Positions 46,709 to 56,636 of a DNA stretch of 64,000 nucleotides are shown here, one piece after another; the stretch's first letter is position 1; every line of letters starts with the position of its first letter. The stretch lies in the IMG/VR virus record IMGVR_UViG_3300042898_001439, positions 1-64,000 of that record; one strand, written 5' to 3'. Under the pieces are notes generated by a model, which made no database searches, had not been told where the DNA came from, and saw only the letters and a program-made list of their open reading frames with translations. The DNA comes from a virus. The position numbers were made by a program, and so were the translations under genes.

Positions 46709-49498
46709 TTAGAAGCCTTGGTAGATATTTTCTGCTTGTAATACAATTTCAGCAAGAGGATCAATAGCTTCTCCACGATTTCTCCTTGCTTCTAATTTTT
46801 TAAATTCCTCATTAAGAGTGTATTCTAAATATTCACCGATAGGAACAGTCTTACCATTATCAACTCTAAAACCAATTACTTCTAGCTGATTAACACCAGG
46901 ATTATATGTTATAGTCATTTGACCACCGTCTCCTGTTGCATTTCCACCAAAGCTTATCTTATTATTCAATAGGAATCTTTGCTGTGCTGATGTAAGCTTT
47001 TTAGTACCAATAATATTAGCAGGAAGTGATCCAGCGGGAAACTTTAAAGTAATACCACTACTCATCATATCATTAATGATGGTAGCATCTGTCATACTTG
47101 TCTTACCCTTATCAGAAGTCTCAGTAATAAGCTTTGCAGTATTCTCATCAGGAATAATGTGAACATACTGTGGTTTATCAGGACCTTCCTGATATACGTT
47201 AACACTAACACCTCTAAGTGTTCCGGTATTTTCTTTCTGCTTTTGAAGGACAACATCAGTCATTATACGTACAGCATTTGCCAACCCACCTTCAACCTTC
47301 TTATAATCTTTCTGATCTGCTTTGATATTGGTAGTAAATTCACCAGTAACATATTCAGCATTACCTGCACTAAGTGCATTTGCAGCTGTAGACAAAACAA
47401 CATCAGCACTAGTATTTGCAATATTGGTTGCACGTCCAAGACTCCTTGCATAAGGAACAATACCACCAACACCAATCTTAGAACCTAAACTATTTGTTTG
47501 TTTACCGAGTTCAACAAATTTATCGGCAACTGTAGACCTGCCCACTAATTTATTAAATGAAAAAGCAGAACCCATTAGTTGATCAAACTCTTCCCTAGCA
47601 TCTTCTTCATAACTATCTAATAAGCCAAATCTAGTACCTGCTAAAGAAAGAGTTGAAAGTGTATTACCCATCATCATTCCTGACATATCGCGGCCTTCTA
47701 ATTGAACAGCTCTATCTTTTGCGTAAGCAGCTTTTAACTCTTCAAGAGAATCTGCTCCAGTAGTATCAATAAGATTCAATAAAGTTCTTCTAGCTGCTTC
47801 ATCTCGTACTCCTGAAACAATAGCGGCTCTAAGATTACCTCTATATTCAGTTGATAGAGAACCGTAAACTGAAGTATAATTATCAAGCTGTGAAAGTTTT
47901 CCTGCTAGACGTTTATGAGCTTCAGCAGGTAATGAAGCCGCTTCTTTAAGAGCTGTAGCTTTTTTAACGATAAGACTTCTTTCTCGATCATTAAGCTCAT
48001 TGATAGCTTTACCCTTTAAATCTTGAGGATATCTATTAGCGTAAAACTTAATAATATCATTTTCAGCAACTTTTACATTAGAAGCAGAAGCAGTTAACTC
48101 TGTTTCTTTTATATTATAAATAGTTTCAGGATTATCCTCGCTAAATTGAGTTTGAGCAGTCAACGGAATATCTACTTCTTGTGATGTAGCAGTAGCAGTA
48201 GCAGTGGTTGCTGCAGCCATAGCATCAAGTTGAGCTTTATAAAGTAATTCTTCTTTCTTATTTCTCAGTTCTAAATTCTTTTTAAACTGCTCCAATGCAT
48301 ATGGATTCTGCTCCATTGTTTGAGAGAATCTAGACATTGCAAGTCTATTAGCAATAGTGCCCACTCTATTTTGAAATGCTAGAGAATCAAGCTGTTCTGG
48401 AGTGTAAGTCTTACCGTTAATTCTTAAAGTGTAAGGAGCTGTAGCTTTAGACTTTGTAGTTGTTGTGGCAATAACACTATTTGTTTCTTGCTTAATACCT
48501 TGCTGAAGCTTTTTCAACTGCTCTGCAGTTTTTTGCAAACGGTCTCTTACGCTTAGAGCATCATCTGTAAGGGGTACATTATCGGTGTTTTCACCCTTTG
48601 CCAATTCTCTTGTAACAGTTTCGGCAACCTCCACCTCTTCATTAATCTGATCAATTACCTTTTTACTCTCAGCTTCAAGGAAATTAATTTCTCCAGAATA
48701 CTTCTGCTGGTAAAATGCAGCTTCTGTAGCAATTTTATCACCGTTATAGTTCATTAGATTAGCCTCAACAAAATCTCTCTTCTGCATCTGATTTTCAAGA
48801 GCAATGTTTTGTCTAACTAAAGGATCACCATAAAATTCAGAAAGCAGACCAGCTCTAAGATTTCCCTCTACAAGCTTACCACCTTTCGTTTTTACAATCC
48901 ATTGACCAGTATTCTGTTCAATTTCTACGTCATAGTCTTGACGATTAAAAAAGTCAAGAGCCATCTTCTCAATATTAATACCTGGAAGATAGCTAGGTGC
49001 TTGCATGTTCACTGCTTCACTAGGACTAGCAGCTCTAAAATCTTGCAAAAAGTAATTCAATTGCTTTAAAGAATCTTCATTATATAGATCTCTTTCTGCA
49101 GGATTCAAAGACGTTGCTTGCTGTTGTGCTTTTATCTGAGCATCTCTTACAGCACGAGTATTCAAGATGTCACGGATGTACATCTTATTATCTGCTAAAG
49201 GGTTAAACACAGCTTCAGCAGCTTTTACATTTCTAGGATCTGTTAAATCGGCACCCGCAACCTGCTTAACAAACTCATCAGCATTCTTTTTGTACTGATC
49301 TCTAAGGGCAACATTGTCCTCTCTGGTTAAATCACCATCAATAATAGAATTGTAACGCTGAGCAAAATCTGCAAAGTTTTTTTTCTGAGTAGCGGATAGT
49401 TGTGCTTGCCCCTGAGCCAGAAAGTTCCAGTCAGGAGTAAATGCTTGCACATCTTGTATGCGAGCATTCTGAAAAATATTATCAATATATGATGCCAT
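46709..49498 (-). CDS. virion/ejected protein (929 aa, Cys-free)
   Basis: N-terminal FTPDWNF motif and coiled coils; position in the cargo block. Confidence 0.65.
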   Translation of the reverse strand: MASYIDNIFQNARIQDVQAFTPDWNFLAQGQAQLSATQKKNFADFAQRYNSIIDGDLTREDNVALRDQYKKNADEFVKQVAGADLTDPRNVKAAEAVFNPLADNKMYIRDILNTRAVRDAQIKAQQQATSLNPAERDLYNEDSLKQLNYFLQDFRAASPSEAVNMQAPSYLPGINIEKMALDFFNRQDYDVEIEQNTGQWIVKTKGGKLVEGNLRAGLLSEFYGDPLVRQNIALENQMQKRDFVEANLMNYNGDKIATEAAFYQQKYSGEINFLEAESKKVIDQINEEVEVAETVTRELAKGENTDNVPLTDDALSVRDRLQKTAEQLKKLQQGIKQETNSVIATTTTKSKATAPYTLRINGKTYTPEQLDSLAFQNRVGTIANRLAMSRFSQTMEQNPYALEQFKKNLELRNKKEELLYKAQLDAMAAATTATATATSQEVDIPLTAQTQFSEDNPETIYNIKETELTASASNVKVAENDIIKFYANRYPQDLKGKAINELNDRERSLIVKKATALKEAASLPAEAHKRLAGKLSQLDNYTSVYGSLSTEYRGNLRAAIVSGVRDEAARRTLLNLIDTTGADSLEELKAAYAKDRAVQLEGRDMSGMMMGNTLSTLSLAGTRFGLLDSYEEDAREEFDQLMGSAFSFNKLVGRSTVADKFVELGKQTNSLGSKIGVGGIVPYARSLGRATNIANTSADVVLSTAANALSAGNAEYVTGEFTTNIKADQKDYKKVEGGLANAVRIMTDVVLQKQKENTGTLRGVSVNVYQEGPDKPQYVHIIPDENTAKLITETSDKGKTSMTDATIINDMMSSGITLKFPAGSLPANIIGTKKLTSAQQRFLLNNKISFGGNATGDGGQMTITYNPGVNQLEVIGFRVDNGKTVPIGEYLEYTLNEEFKKLEARRNRGEAIDPLAEIVLQAENIYQGF

Positions 49499-49510
49499 GT
49501 ATCTGTAGAT

Positions 49511-49533
49511 CTACATTAAAAGATACGAAAAAA
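49511..49533 (-). promoter_or_regulatory. putative late promoter
   Basis: Minus strand TTTTTTCGTATCTTTTAATGTAG. Confidence 0.55.
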
Positions 49534-49567
49534 TCTTGTAAGTTTTTAAACCTGAAAGGTTTATTAC

Positions 49568-51487
49568 TTATTCGGGAGACATAAATCCAAAACTAGGCAT
49601 ATAAGCATTAGATAGATATTGTCTAAGAGGATCAACCGATTGTTGTGCATTTTGAAAATTCTTTGACATCTGCTCATTTATATAAGCAGCTCTAAAAGCC
49701 GCATTCTCATCTTTTCCATCAGATCCAACTTTTACAGGGTGGAATGTAAATGCTTCTTGAGTAATTCTATTAATAGCGCTTTGTCTTTGATCTGATTGTT
49801 GTTGCTTAAATTTCTCAGGATCCTGCATTGCTCTGAGAACTTCAGGATTAGCTGTAATATCACCATACATACCAGGCATAGTATTAATCTGGAAGTCAGG
49901 GTAAAGCTGATTAAGCAACCCTGCTTTAGATCTATTAGTCTCAAGAGTGTTTCTGAGTTTGTTACCCATTGTGCGGTAACCTCTCATCTTCTCGTCATAA
50001 ACCTCATCTACCTTAACTGTATCATCATAAAGATTTTTAGCAAGCTGAGCATTCATCATTCTAGATTGATTACCAATCTGTGAATTATATTGATTAGCCC
50101 AGTTAGCAATACCTACATTCTGATTACCAATTGTAGCAGCAACATTAGCAGCTTGATCAGCAGCTTCTCCGGAAATCTTAGAAGCCATTGAAGCTTGTCT
50201 TCCTGGACCAGCAAATGCACCAAGAGCTTCTACTGTACCTCTAGCACGTCCAGCAATTTGTTGCTGCTGACGAGTATCATCCAAGTAAGTAGGATCAAAT
50301 GGTGTAAGCGGAACTCTTGGAGCGTATGGGTATCTTCTTGTTTCACTAAATCTATTCCTAAGATTAGTGTACATGTTATTTACATCCTGCTGGAAAGGAT
50401 AAGTTTTATTTTTAGGGTTAGGTGTAAATGTAGGTGTAGGTGTTGGTGTTAGTTCTGGTTCTGGTTCTGGTGTTAGTTTTGGTTCTGGTTCTGGTGTTGG
50501 TGTAGCTAAAGGATCAAGCTGTCTTGCACCAAAGTAGCTATCAGCATAAGCAGAACGAAGATTCTTTAGATCTTCATCAGAAAGAGACTTAGGATCAATC
50601 TGACCTTTTTCATACTTAGACTTAAGTGAAGGATCCTTCAAACCTTTAGCAGTCAAACCGTAAGTTCCCCACATATTTTTTACAACATCTGGCTCATTCT
50701 CTAACATATAGTCGTAGATTTTTTCTTGAGCTTGTTTGTTAGAAAGCTTAGTCACTCCCGGAATAGCAGATTCCCACTGAGACAAATAATCAATATCTCT
50801 ATCAAATATATTCTGCTTACCTGTAGGAGTTACAGTTCCAGCTTTTGTTTTACCACCAGGATAAAGAGTAATACCCTTTTGAGCTTTAGGAATATAACCA
50901 CCATAAGCAGCCATAGGTGCACCCATAATACCTTCTGCATAATCAGCAGCTACTGCAGGAATACCCTGCGGAAATCCTTTCATTGCTTCCTGGTAGAATG
51001 CAATCTCACCAGCCTTATCCTTGTACTTATCAATCATAGCTTGTGCAGTTCTTTTTTGAATGGGATCTGCATTTTGATCATAAAGAGTATTAGTAAAATC
51101 ATTAACTCCTAAAAAAGGCTTAACAAGTTTTGCAGGAGTAGTGGGCTTTGTTTTACCGTACTTAGCAAGAAACCCTGAATCCTTAATCTTCATCTTTCTT
51201 GTATCAGAATAAATAAAAGATCCTGGATCTAAATTAAGCGGTGTACCACCATTAGAATGTCTCTGACCACCAATGTTGTAAAGACCCATCATTCCGGTAT
51301 TGCCAAGATCAGTCATAGCAACTTCACCCCTTTCTGCTTCAAGATTTGCCATACCTCTAGGAATAGGTGAAAGACTTTTATTAACCGATCCACCTTCTGC
51401 CATGTGTGCACTGTCTTCCATAACAGTACCGTCAGGCATCATATGATACCCTTGGGGCAAACTCTTAATTCTTACTTTTCTTTTCAT
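49568..51487 (-). CDS. crAss-like cargo protein (EAERGE / HSNGG domain, Pro-Thr linker)
   Basis: NLEAERGE, GGQRHSNGGTPL, FIYSD; MAEGG and AAYGG motifs; Gln/Asn-rich helical C-terminus. Confidence 0.65.
   Translation of the reverse strand: MKRKVRIKSLPQGYHMMPDGTVMEDSAHMAEGGSVNKSLSPIPRGMANLEAERGEVAMTDLGNTGMMGLYNIGGQRHSNGGTPLNLDPGSFIYSDTRKMKIKDSGFLAKYGKTKPTTPAKLVKPFLGVNDFTNTLYDQNADPIQKRTAQAMIDKYKDKAGEIAFYQEAMKGFPQGIPAVAADYAEGIMGAPMAAYGGYIPKAQKGITLYPGGKTKAGTVTPTGKQNIFDRDIDYLSQWESAIPGVTKLSNKQAQEKIYDYMLENEPDVVKNMWGTYGLTAKGLKDPSLKSKYEKGQIDPKSLSDEDLKNLRSAYADSYFGARQLDPLATPTPEPEPKLTPEPEPELTPTPTPTFTPNPKNKTYPFQQDVNNMYTNLRNRFSETRRYPYAPRVPLTPFDPTYLDDTRQQQQIAGRARGTVEALGAFAGPGRQASMASKISGEAADQAANVAATIGNQNVGIANWANQYNSQIGNQSRMMNAQLAKNLYDDTVKVDEVYDEKMRGYRTMGNKLRNTLETNRSKAGLLNQLYPDFQINTMPGMYGDITANPEVLRAMQDPEKFKQQQSDQRQSAINRITQEAFTFHPVKVGSDGKDENAAFRAAYINEQMSKNFQNAQQSVDPLRQYLSNAYMPSFGFMSPE
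50412..50505 (-). repeat. Pro/Thr/Glu linker repeat (TPEPEPKL TPEPEPEL TPTPTPT)
   Basis: 24-nt near-tandem ttagtt(c/t)tggttctggttctggtg units. Confidence 0.8.
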
Positions 51488-53610
51488 CAGTCAAGGATTT
51501 CAATTTCAGCTCCAAGAGCTACAAGTTGTCTAATTTGGTCTTCGGTCATTTCAATTTCACCACCCATTTGAGCATAGGCTTCACCCATATAAGTTCTTGA
51601 AGCAAGAGTTTCATCAGGTCTAAAATTACCCATAATATCATAATCACCTCTTTGTCCAGTAACACCCATAGGTGCAGCTTCATAAAGGTTATCTGTAAAC
51701 GTTCTACGTTGAATCTCTCTTGCAGCCTGACTCTCTTTTTTATTTCTACCAAACCACGAACCAAGACTTACAAGATCACCCACAGTATTTGTAGCACTTT
51801 TAAAACCTTTTCCAAATGTAGAATAATCAGCATATCTATCTTTTAGATAGTCTTTACCCTTATCAACAAGGGCCCTCCCAATCTCTGGTGCAGCCTTTTT
51901 TAGACGATACATATCTTCATCCATAGGTTGACCACGTTTATTCTGAGTCATGTAGGCAATATCTTTCTTATCAAAAGGATTATTAGTTTCCCAAAACTTA
52001 GAAAAATCAGATGAAAGCTGTTGATCTGGAAGCATTGGTCCCATTTGTGTATTCTTAGGTTTAGAAGGCCACAAGGTACCATATTTGTCTAATTGACCTT
52101 TCGCGACTTCATAAGCAGCGTTATCTGCTACATTATCTACATCGTAGTTTCCATCAGCTCTGGCAGCTATCTCAGCATTCGCCAAGATTTCATCCATAGC
52201 CATCTGACCCATTCCAGATCTACCACTTGGAAAGCAGTTTGTTTTATCTTGACCCATACCTGATCCACCACTTGGAAAGCAGTTTGTTATGACTTGACCC
52301 ATACCTGATCCAGCACCTCTTCTAGCCGGTGCAGGGATATCTGAAACAAATCCAGCAGGAGCTGCTTGCTCATCAAGAGAGTATTCTCTCATTCCAGCAA
52401 TATCTGGACTAAGTGGTGCATCAGATAATCCAGCCGTTCTAGAATCAAAATCCATTTCATCTAAATACATATTACCCATTCCAGAGCCACCCTTTTGGTA
52501 TTCCATCATACCACCGTAAGCTTTAGCAAAGTTTTTAGCAAAGTTTGCTTTACGTCTCATCTCAGGTGAATACTTGCCCTCTGGTGCATCTAAAATCTTT
52601 TTGGCAGCTTCCTGTACACTAAGACCCATACGTGTAGCCTGTGCTTTAAAAGTGCCCTTCTTAGCAGGATCTAGTTCAATACCACCATCCTTAAAGTAAG
52701 CCATTGCAGTAAAAGGTATTCCACCTTTCTTATACTCCATTTGACCTCCACACTCATAGCAAGGCATACCACCTTGAGCATACATATCACCACCGTACAT
52801 CATGTTAGCCATAATCTTAGCTTGTACTTCTTGTGGTAATGCTTGAAATCCTTCATTTTGGGGTTCACCACCTTCTGCCCAAGTACGGAATCTTTTATGC
52901 CAGTAAAGGGGGCTAAACGGATCAGTAGCTTTAGCTGAGTTACGTCCACCCATTCTATCCCAAAAACGGTCTCTACGATTTTCATTACGGTGTTGGGTAA
53001 AGTCTTTCATACCCTTATAACCACCATGTACTACTTTGTACTTATCACCTTTTTTAGCAAGTACCATCCATTTCTTACCAGGACGTGTAGATTGTTTCTT
53101 TGTACCAACTTTAGTAAAACCTTGATTCTTATAACGCTGAGGTATACCACCATTACGCATTTCTTCCATTTCACCCTGTTCTTGAGCTTCAGGATTGTAC
53201 ATCATGTAATCATAGATAGCACCAGCACTATCATCCATTACGGCAAGCTTAGATGCTACCCACGGTTCAACTTCTGAGTTTGAATTAAGAAACTGTTGAA
53301 GCTTAGACATTTTATCAGTAACAGCAGCAATCTGACCTAGTGCCATTTCACCACCTTCATCCATCATTGGAAACTTATAGTCACCGTACATAATACCACC
53401 ATTAGCCATCATGCTCAAGTCTGCCATCATTTGGTTAACTGAGCCTTGTACTTCCATACCATCTTCCGCTTTACGGTAACCACCACCTCTTTTTTTATAA
53501 GTCTCAACTAACCATGACGAAGCATAAGCAGAAGGCCAAACATCAAACTTAGATTTTGCTTCTGATTTAACTCGTGCGTAGAGTTCGGGATTTGTAGGTT
53601 TGTTAGCCAT
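51487..53610 (-). CDS. modular internal virion protein with about 12 hydrophobic-x-x-GG motifs
   Basis: Short basic/helical modules separated by MANGG, MDEGG, MRNGG, WAEGG, YAQGG, YKKGG, FKDGG, YQKGG, AQMGG and others. Confidence 0.65.
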   Translation of the reverse strand: MANKPTNPELYARVKSEAKSKFDVWPSAYASSWLVETYKKRGGGYRKAEDGMEVQGSVNQMMADLSMMANGGIMYGDYKFPMMDEGGEMALGQIAAVTDKMSKLQQFLNSNSEVEPWVASKLAVMDDSAGAIYDYMMYNPEAQEQGEMEEMRNGGIPQRYKNQGFTKVGTKKQSTRPGKKWMVLAKKGDKYKVVHGGYKGMKDFTQHRNENRRDRFWDRMGGRNSAKATDPFSPLYWHKRFRTWAEGGEPQNEGFQALPQEVQAKIMANMMYGGDMYAQGGMPCYECGGQMEYKKGGIPFTAMAYFKDGGIELDPAKKGTFKAQATRMGLSVQEAAKKILDAPEGKYSPEMRRKANFAKNFAKAYGGMMEYQKGGSGMGNMYLDEMDFDSRTAGLSDAPLSPDIAGMREYSLDEQAAPAGFVSDIPAPARRGAGSGMGQVITNCFPSGGSGMGQDKTNCFPSGRSGMGQMAMDEILANAEIAARADGNYDVDNVADNAAYEVAKGQLDKYGTLWPSKPKNTQMGPMLPDQQLSSDFSKFWETNNPFDKKDIAYMTQNKRGQPMDEDMYRLKKAAPEIGRALVDKGKDYLKDRYADYSTFGKGFKSATNTVGDLVSLGSWFGRNKKESQAAREIQRRTFTDNLYEAAPMGVTGQRGDYDIMGNFRPDETLASRTYMGEAYAQMGGEIEMTEDQIRQLVALGAEIEILD
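52205..52311 (-). repeat. 45-bp tandem repeat (about 2.4 copies) encoding SGMGQxxTNCFPSG
   Basis: tgacccat.cc.gatc.accacttggaaagcagtttgtt at 52205 and 52250, partial copy at 52295. Confidence 0.9.
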
Positions 53611-53629
53611 AATTTAAAAACAATAAGTC

Positions 53630-53668
53630 CTCTATATAATTTCGTCTTTTTTTACTAGATTTCCAAAC
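53630..53668 (-). promoter_or_regulatory. putative late promoter
   Basis: Minus strand GTTTGGAAATCTAGTAAAAAAAAGACGAAATTATATAGAG. Confidence 0.45.
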
Positions 53669-53669
53669 A

Positions 53670-56636
53670 TTAATCGTTACTAATAGCTTTTTGGTAAGCC
53701 TTTTGGAAATCTTTAAACGCTTCTTCTTTTGATTTGTACTTCAAAACTCCATTACCATTGTAGTTTTTTAACCAATAGTCAAATAATTCACGTGAGTTAC
53801 TTGGATCTGGTAGTGCTTTTGGTGACAAGGCATATCTATATCTAGCTGCAGCCATTGCAGCAACTGGATTATCTTCTCTAAGAAGCTTATTAAAGTCTTT
53901 CTTATCCGTTGGAAGATTCAGCTTTTTAAAGTTTTCAAACTGTCTTTGCTGTGCAGTATTATAAGCACCCTCATTACCTCTGCCAGTAAACATATCAGTT
54001 AATGCAATAGGGTCAATAGACATAAATGAAGATGTATAGTTTCTACCGTAAGCACTTGGATTCGTACCATATGTGTTTTCCATATATGCAGTAGCCTGTA
54101 GTAAATTCTCAACAGCTTTTCTATTCTTAGGATCTTCTAAGGCAACAATCTGATTGATACCGTAATCAATTTGTTCAGGTCTAGAAAGTTTTTTCCAATC
54201 TGTAGGTTTGGTTTTGGTCGCTGGTTCATCGGAAGAAGCCATAAAAGATTTAAAAGCATTTACTGCTGCATCCTTCATACCAGTAAAAAATGCTGGTTTA
54301 ATTCCTTCCGGCATCATAAAACCACCAAGTTGATATCCCTTTGGTGAATATGTAGTTGGTGAAGGTCTTTTATTTCTAGTATTCTTATACATAGGTGGAG
54401 AGTAAGTTGCTTTAACTGCACCATATGGTTCAGGTCTAAACTCACCAACACTACCATATCTGTTACCAACACCTACTCCAAGATCACCCTCAATACTAAA
54501 TCTACCACGATTAGCAAGCTCACGGTTATACTCAGCGTTAGCACCTGCGGTTAATCTAGGTCTAAGATTATTATAATCTAACTCATTACCCGTACCGGTA
54601 AATTCCGTGTAATCATTAGTCTGAAAGTTTACACCACCATAGGGTCCCCAAGAAAGATCTTCTTTTCTGTTATCAATAGGGTTGAATCTTTTACCTGCTT
54701 GTGCTCTAATACTGGCACCGCGTAAAGGATCTGCACCAAGTCTAACCATACCTTGTGTACCATACTTCTGATTATCATAATCTAAACCAGCTGCAATACC
54801 GGGACCTTGTTTAGTACCATATACTTCTCCGTAATACTTAGATTCATCTTTAGGATTCATCATATATCTAAAAGAAGCAATAGGAGAATTATACATAGAG
54901 TCATAACCAGCAGATGCTGACATTTGTCCACCTTGTTGGTATCGTACAGGCTTATATCCTTTCAACCAATCTTTTTGTAATATTCTACCTTCATCAATTG
55001 ATATCTGTTTATCAGCAATTTGACTCCACGGCTTATTTTTATATCTATTTCTCCAATTAGCGGAGCCTATTGGAACTTCAGCTATAAAGTTATCACCATA
55101 ATCTGCAGCAGTCTTAAACTTTGGTGTAAAGTATGGATTAGTTCCAAAACTTTTACTTGCTCTGAAAGTTTTTCCAGGAAAATATTCAACAGGAACATCT
55201 TGTTTAGCTCTAAATACTCTTGATTGCAAAGCATCTTCCATACCCTCTTGACCTATTCCTCTCCACATTGTATTTTCTGGAAGATTATATTGATATGCTT
55301 TTGGATTTAATCTCCACGCATTTCTTAAAGGTGTTTGTGTTGCAGCATAACTTGCTGCATCACCCATAATTTTCATTAATGGTTTTGCTACAGCTTTAAC
55401 CATTGGTGCAGCAACAACAGGTAGCACAGCATCAATCAAACCTTCACCCTCTATTCTACCAGTTGCAGGTGTAGCATAAGCACGTGCAGCAGCAATTCTA
55501 TCTTGCTGTAAACGTTGTTCTGCAGCTTGAATTTGCTGAGGACTAAAGAAATCCGGACGTATATATGGTTGTGGTATTTCAAGTCCAGCTTGAGCTCTTT
55601 TATGATTATAGTTAATTCTTTGACTGGAAGTCTTTTCTCTTTTAAATCTTGCCTTTTCAGAAGATGACATTTCTGATGTAGTCTTAGGAGTAGTAGAGTT
55701 TACTCTTTTACTTGGTCTGCATGCAGGATAAGGTCTACCGTCTTTGTCTTTACCAGAACGTCCGCAGTCTTTACCTGTCTTTACATCAACCCACTTCTCA
55801 GCAAACCATTGTTTTAGTCCACCAGAACCAAACTCTTCAAGATCTCCACCGTATTCTTTTTTAAAATATAAATCTTTAGAATGATTAGGATGTATTTGTG
55901 CATAACCATCTGGAAGATAATTTTCATAAGACATCTTTACAATAAAATCTTCTTTTTCTTTTTCATTCATAAATGGATTAAGAGAAAGTGCTGATCCAAC
56001 AAAGTTGTTAATCATGTCTTCAGCGCTCATTCTTGCAGTAGCAGGAATATTTCTATAGTTACCTTCCAAACTGGGCACAAATGCTTTTACTTCATGTGCA
56101 AGTCCTGCAAGATTTGAACCTATAAAACCTAATGCTTTTGCTGGAATTGTCGTAGGACCCATTGGATACGGTGCTAACTTATTAGCAATAGCATCAGCAG
56201 TATACATACCAGCAACAGTATGTCTAATATTATCTACCGGACCTTCACCTTCAGGTGCAACTTTTTGTGAAAGATCAGCAGCTCTACCTTTTGGGTCACC
56301 CAACATTTCATTAATTCTACCTTCAGCAGTTAAAGGTGTTTTACCCTGAGCAACATCAATTCTTGCTTGACGTATTTGTCTTGGTGTAAAAAAGTTAGGA
56401 CGAATAAAAGGTTGCGGTACTTGAGCACCAACTTGAGCCATTGGTATTTCAAACACCTGCTTACCAGGAAATTGATATTCACCACCCGGATACATCATCT
56501 GAGCATTACCCGTATCATCTATACCGTATACAGGAAAGTCTACATCCTTCATAGTAATTCTACCAGAAGGAATAATATTATACGGCTTCTTTACATCCGG
56601 AGAATATCTCTTGTATCCAAGTTTTGATTTCTTCAT
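53670..56636 (-). CDS. modular virion protein with DUF6973-like, DUF5872-like, beta-rich and C-terminal lysozyme-like modules
   Basis: DNIRH..HE..DMINN; GLKQWFAEKWVD..CGR..YPACRP; ATAYME..MSIDP..AARYRY..LP..YWLKNYN. Confidence 0.6.
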   Translation of the reverse strand: MKKSKLGYKRYSPDVKKPYNIIPSGRITMKDVDFPVYGIDDTGNAQMMYPGGEYQFPGKQVFEIPMAQVGAQVPQPFIRPNFFTPRQIRQARIDVAQGKTPLTAEGRINEMLGDPKGRAADLSQKVAPEGEGPVDNIRHTVAGMYTADAIANKLAPYPMGPTTIPAKALGFIGSNLAGLAHEVKAFVPSLEGNYRNIPATARMSAEDMINNFVGSALSLNPFMNEKEKEDFIVKMSYENYLPDGYAQIHPNHSKDLYFKKEYGGDLEEFGSGGLKQWFAEKWVDVKTGKDCGRSGKDKDGRPYPACRPSKRVNSTTPKTTSEMSSSEKARFKREKTSSQRINYNHKRAQAGLEIPQPYIRPDFFSPQQIQAAEQRLQQDRIAAARAYATPATGRIEGEGLIDAVLPVVAAPMVKAVAKPLMKIMGDAASYAATQTPLRNAWRLNPKAYQYNLPENTMWRGIGQEGMEDALQSRVFRAKQDVPVEYFPGKTFRASKSFGTNPYFTPKFKTAADYGDNFIAEVPIGSANWRNRYKNKPWSQIADKQISIDEGRILQKDWLKGYKPVRYQQGGQMSASAGYDSMYNSPIASFRYMMNPKDESKYYGEVYGTKQGPGIAAGLDYDNQKYGTQGMVRLGADPLRGASIRAQAGKRFNPIDNRKEDLSWGPYGGVNFQTNDYTEFTGTGNELDYNNLRPRLTAGANAEYNRELANRGRFSIEGDLGVGVGNRYGSVGEFRPEPYGAVKATYSPPMYKNTRNKRPSPTTYSPKGYQLGGFMMPEGIKPAFFTGMKDAAVNAFKSFMASSDEPATKTKPTDWKKLSRPEQIDYGINQIVALEDPKNRKAVENLLQATAYMENTYGTNPSAYGRNYTSSFMSIDPIALTDMFTGRGNEGAYNTAQQRQFENFKKLNLPTDKKDFNKLLREDNPVAAMAAARYRYALSPKALPDPSNSRELFDYWLKNYNGNGVLKYKSKEEAFKDFQKAYQKAISND

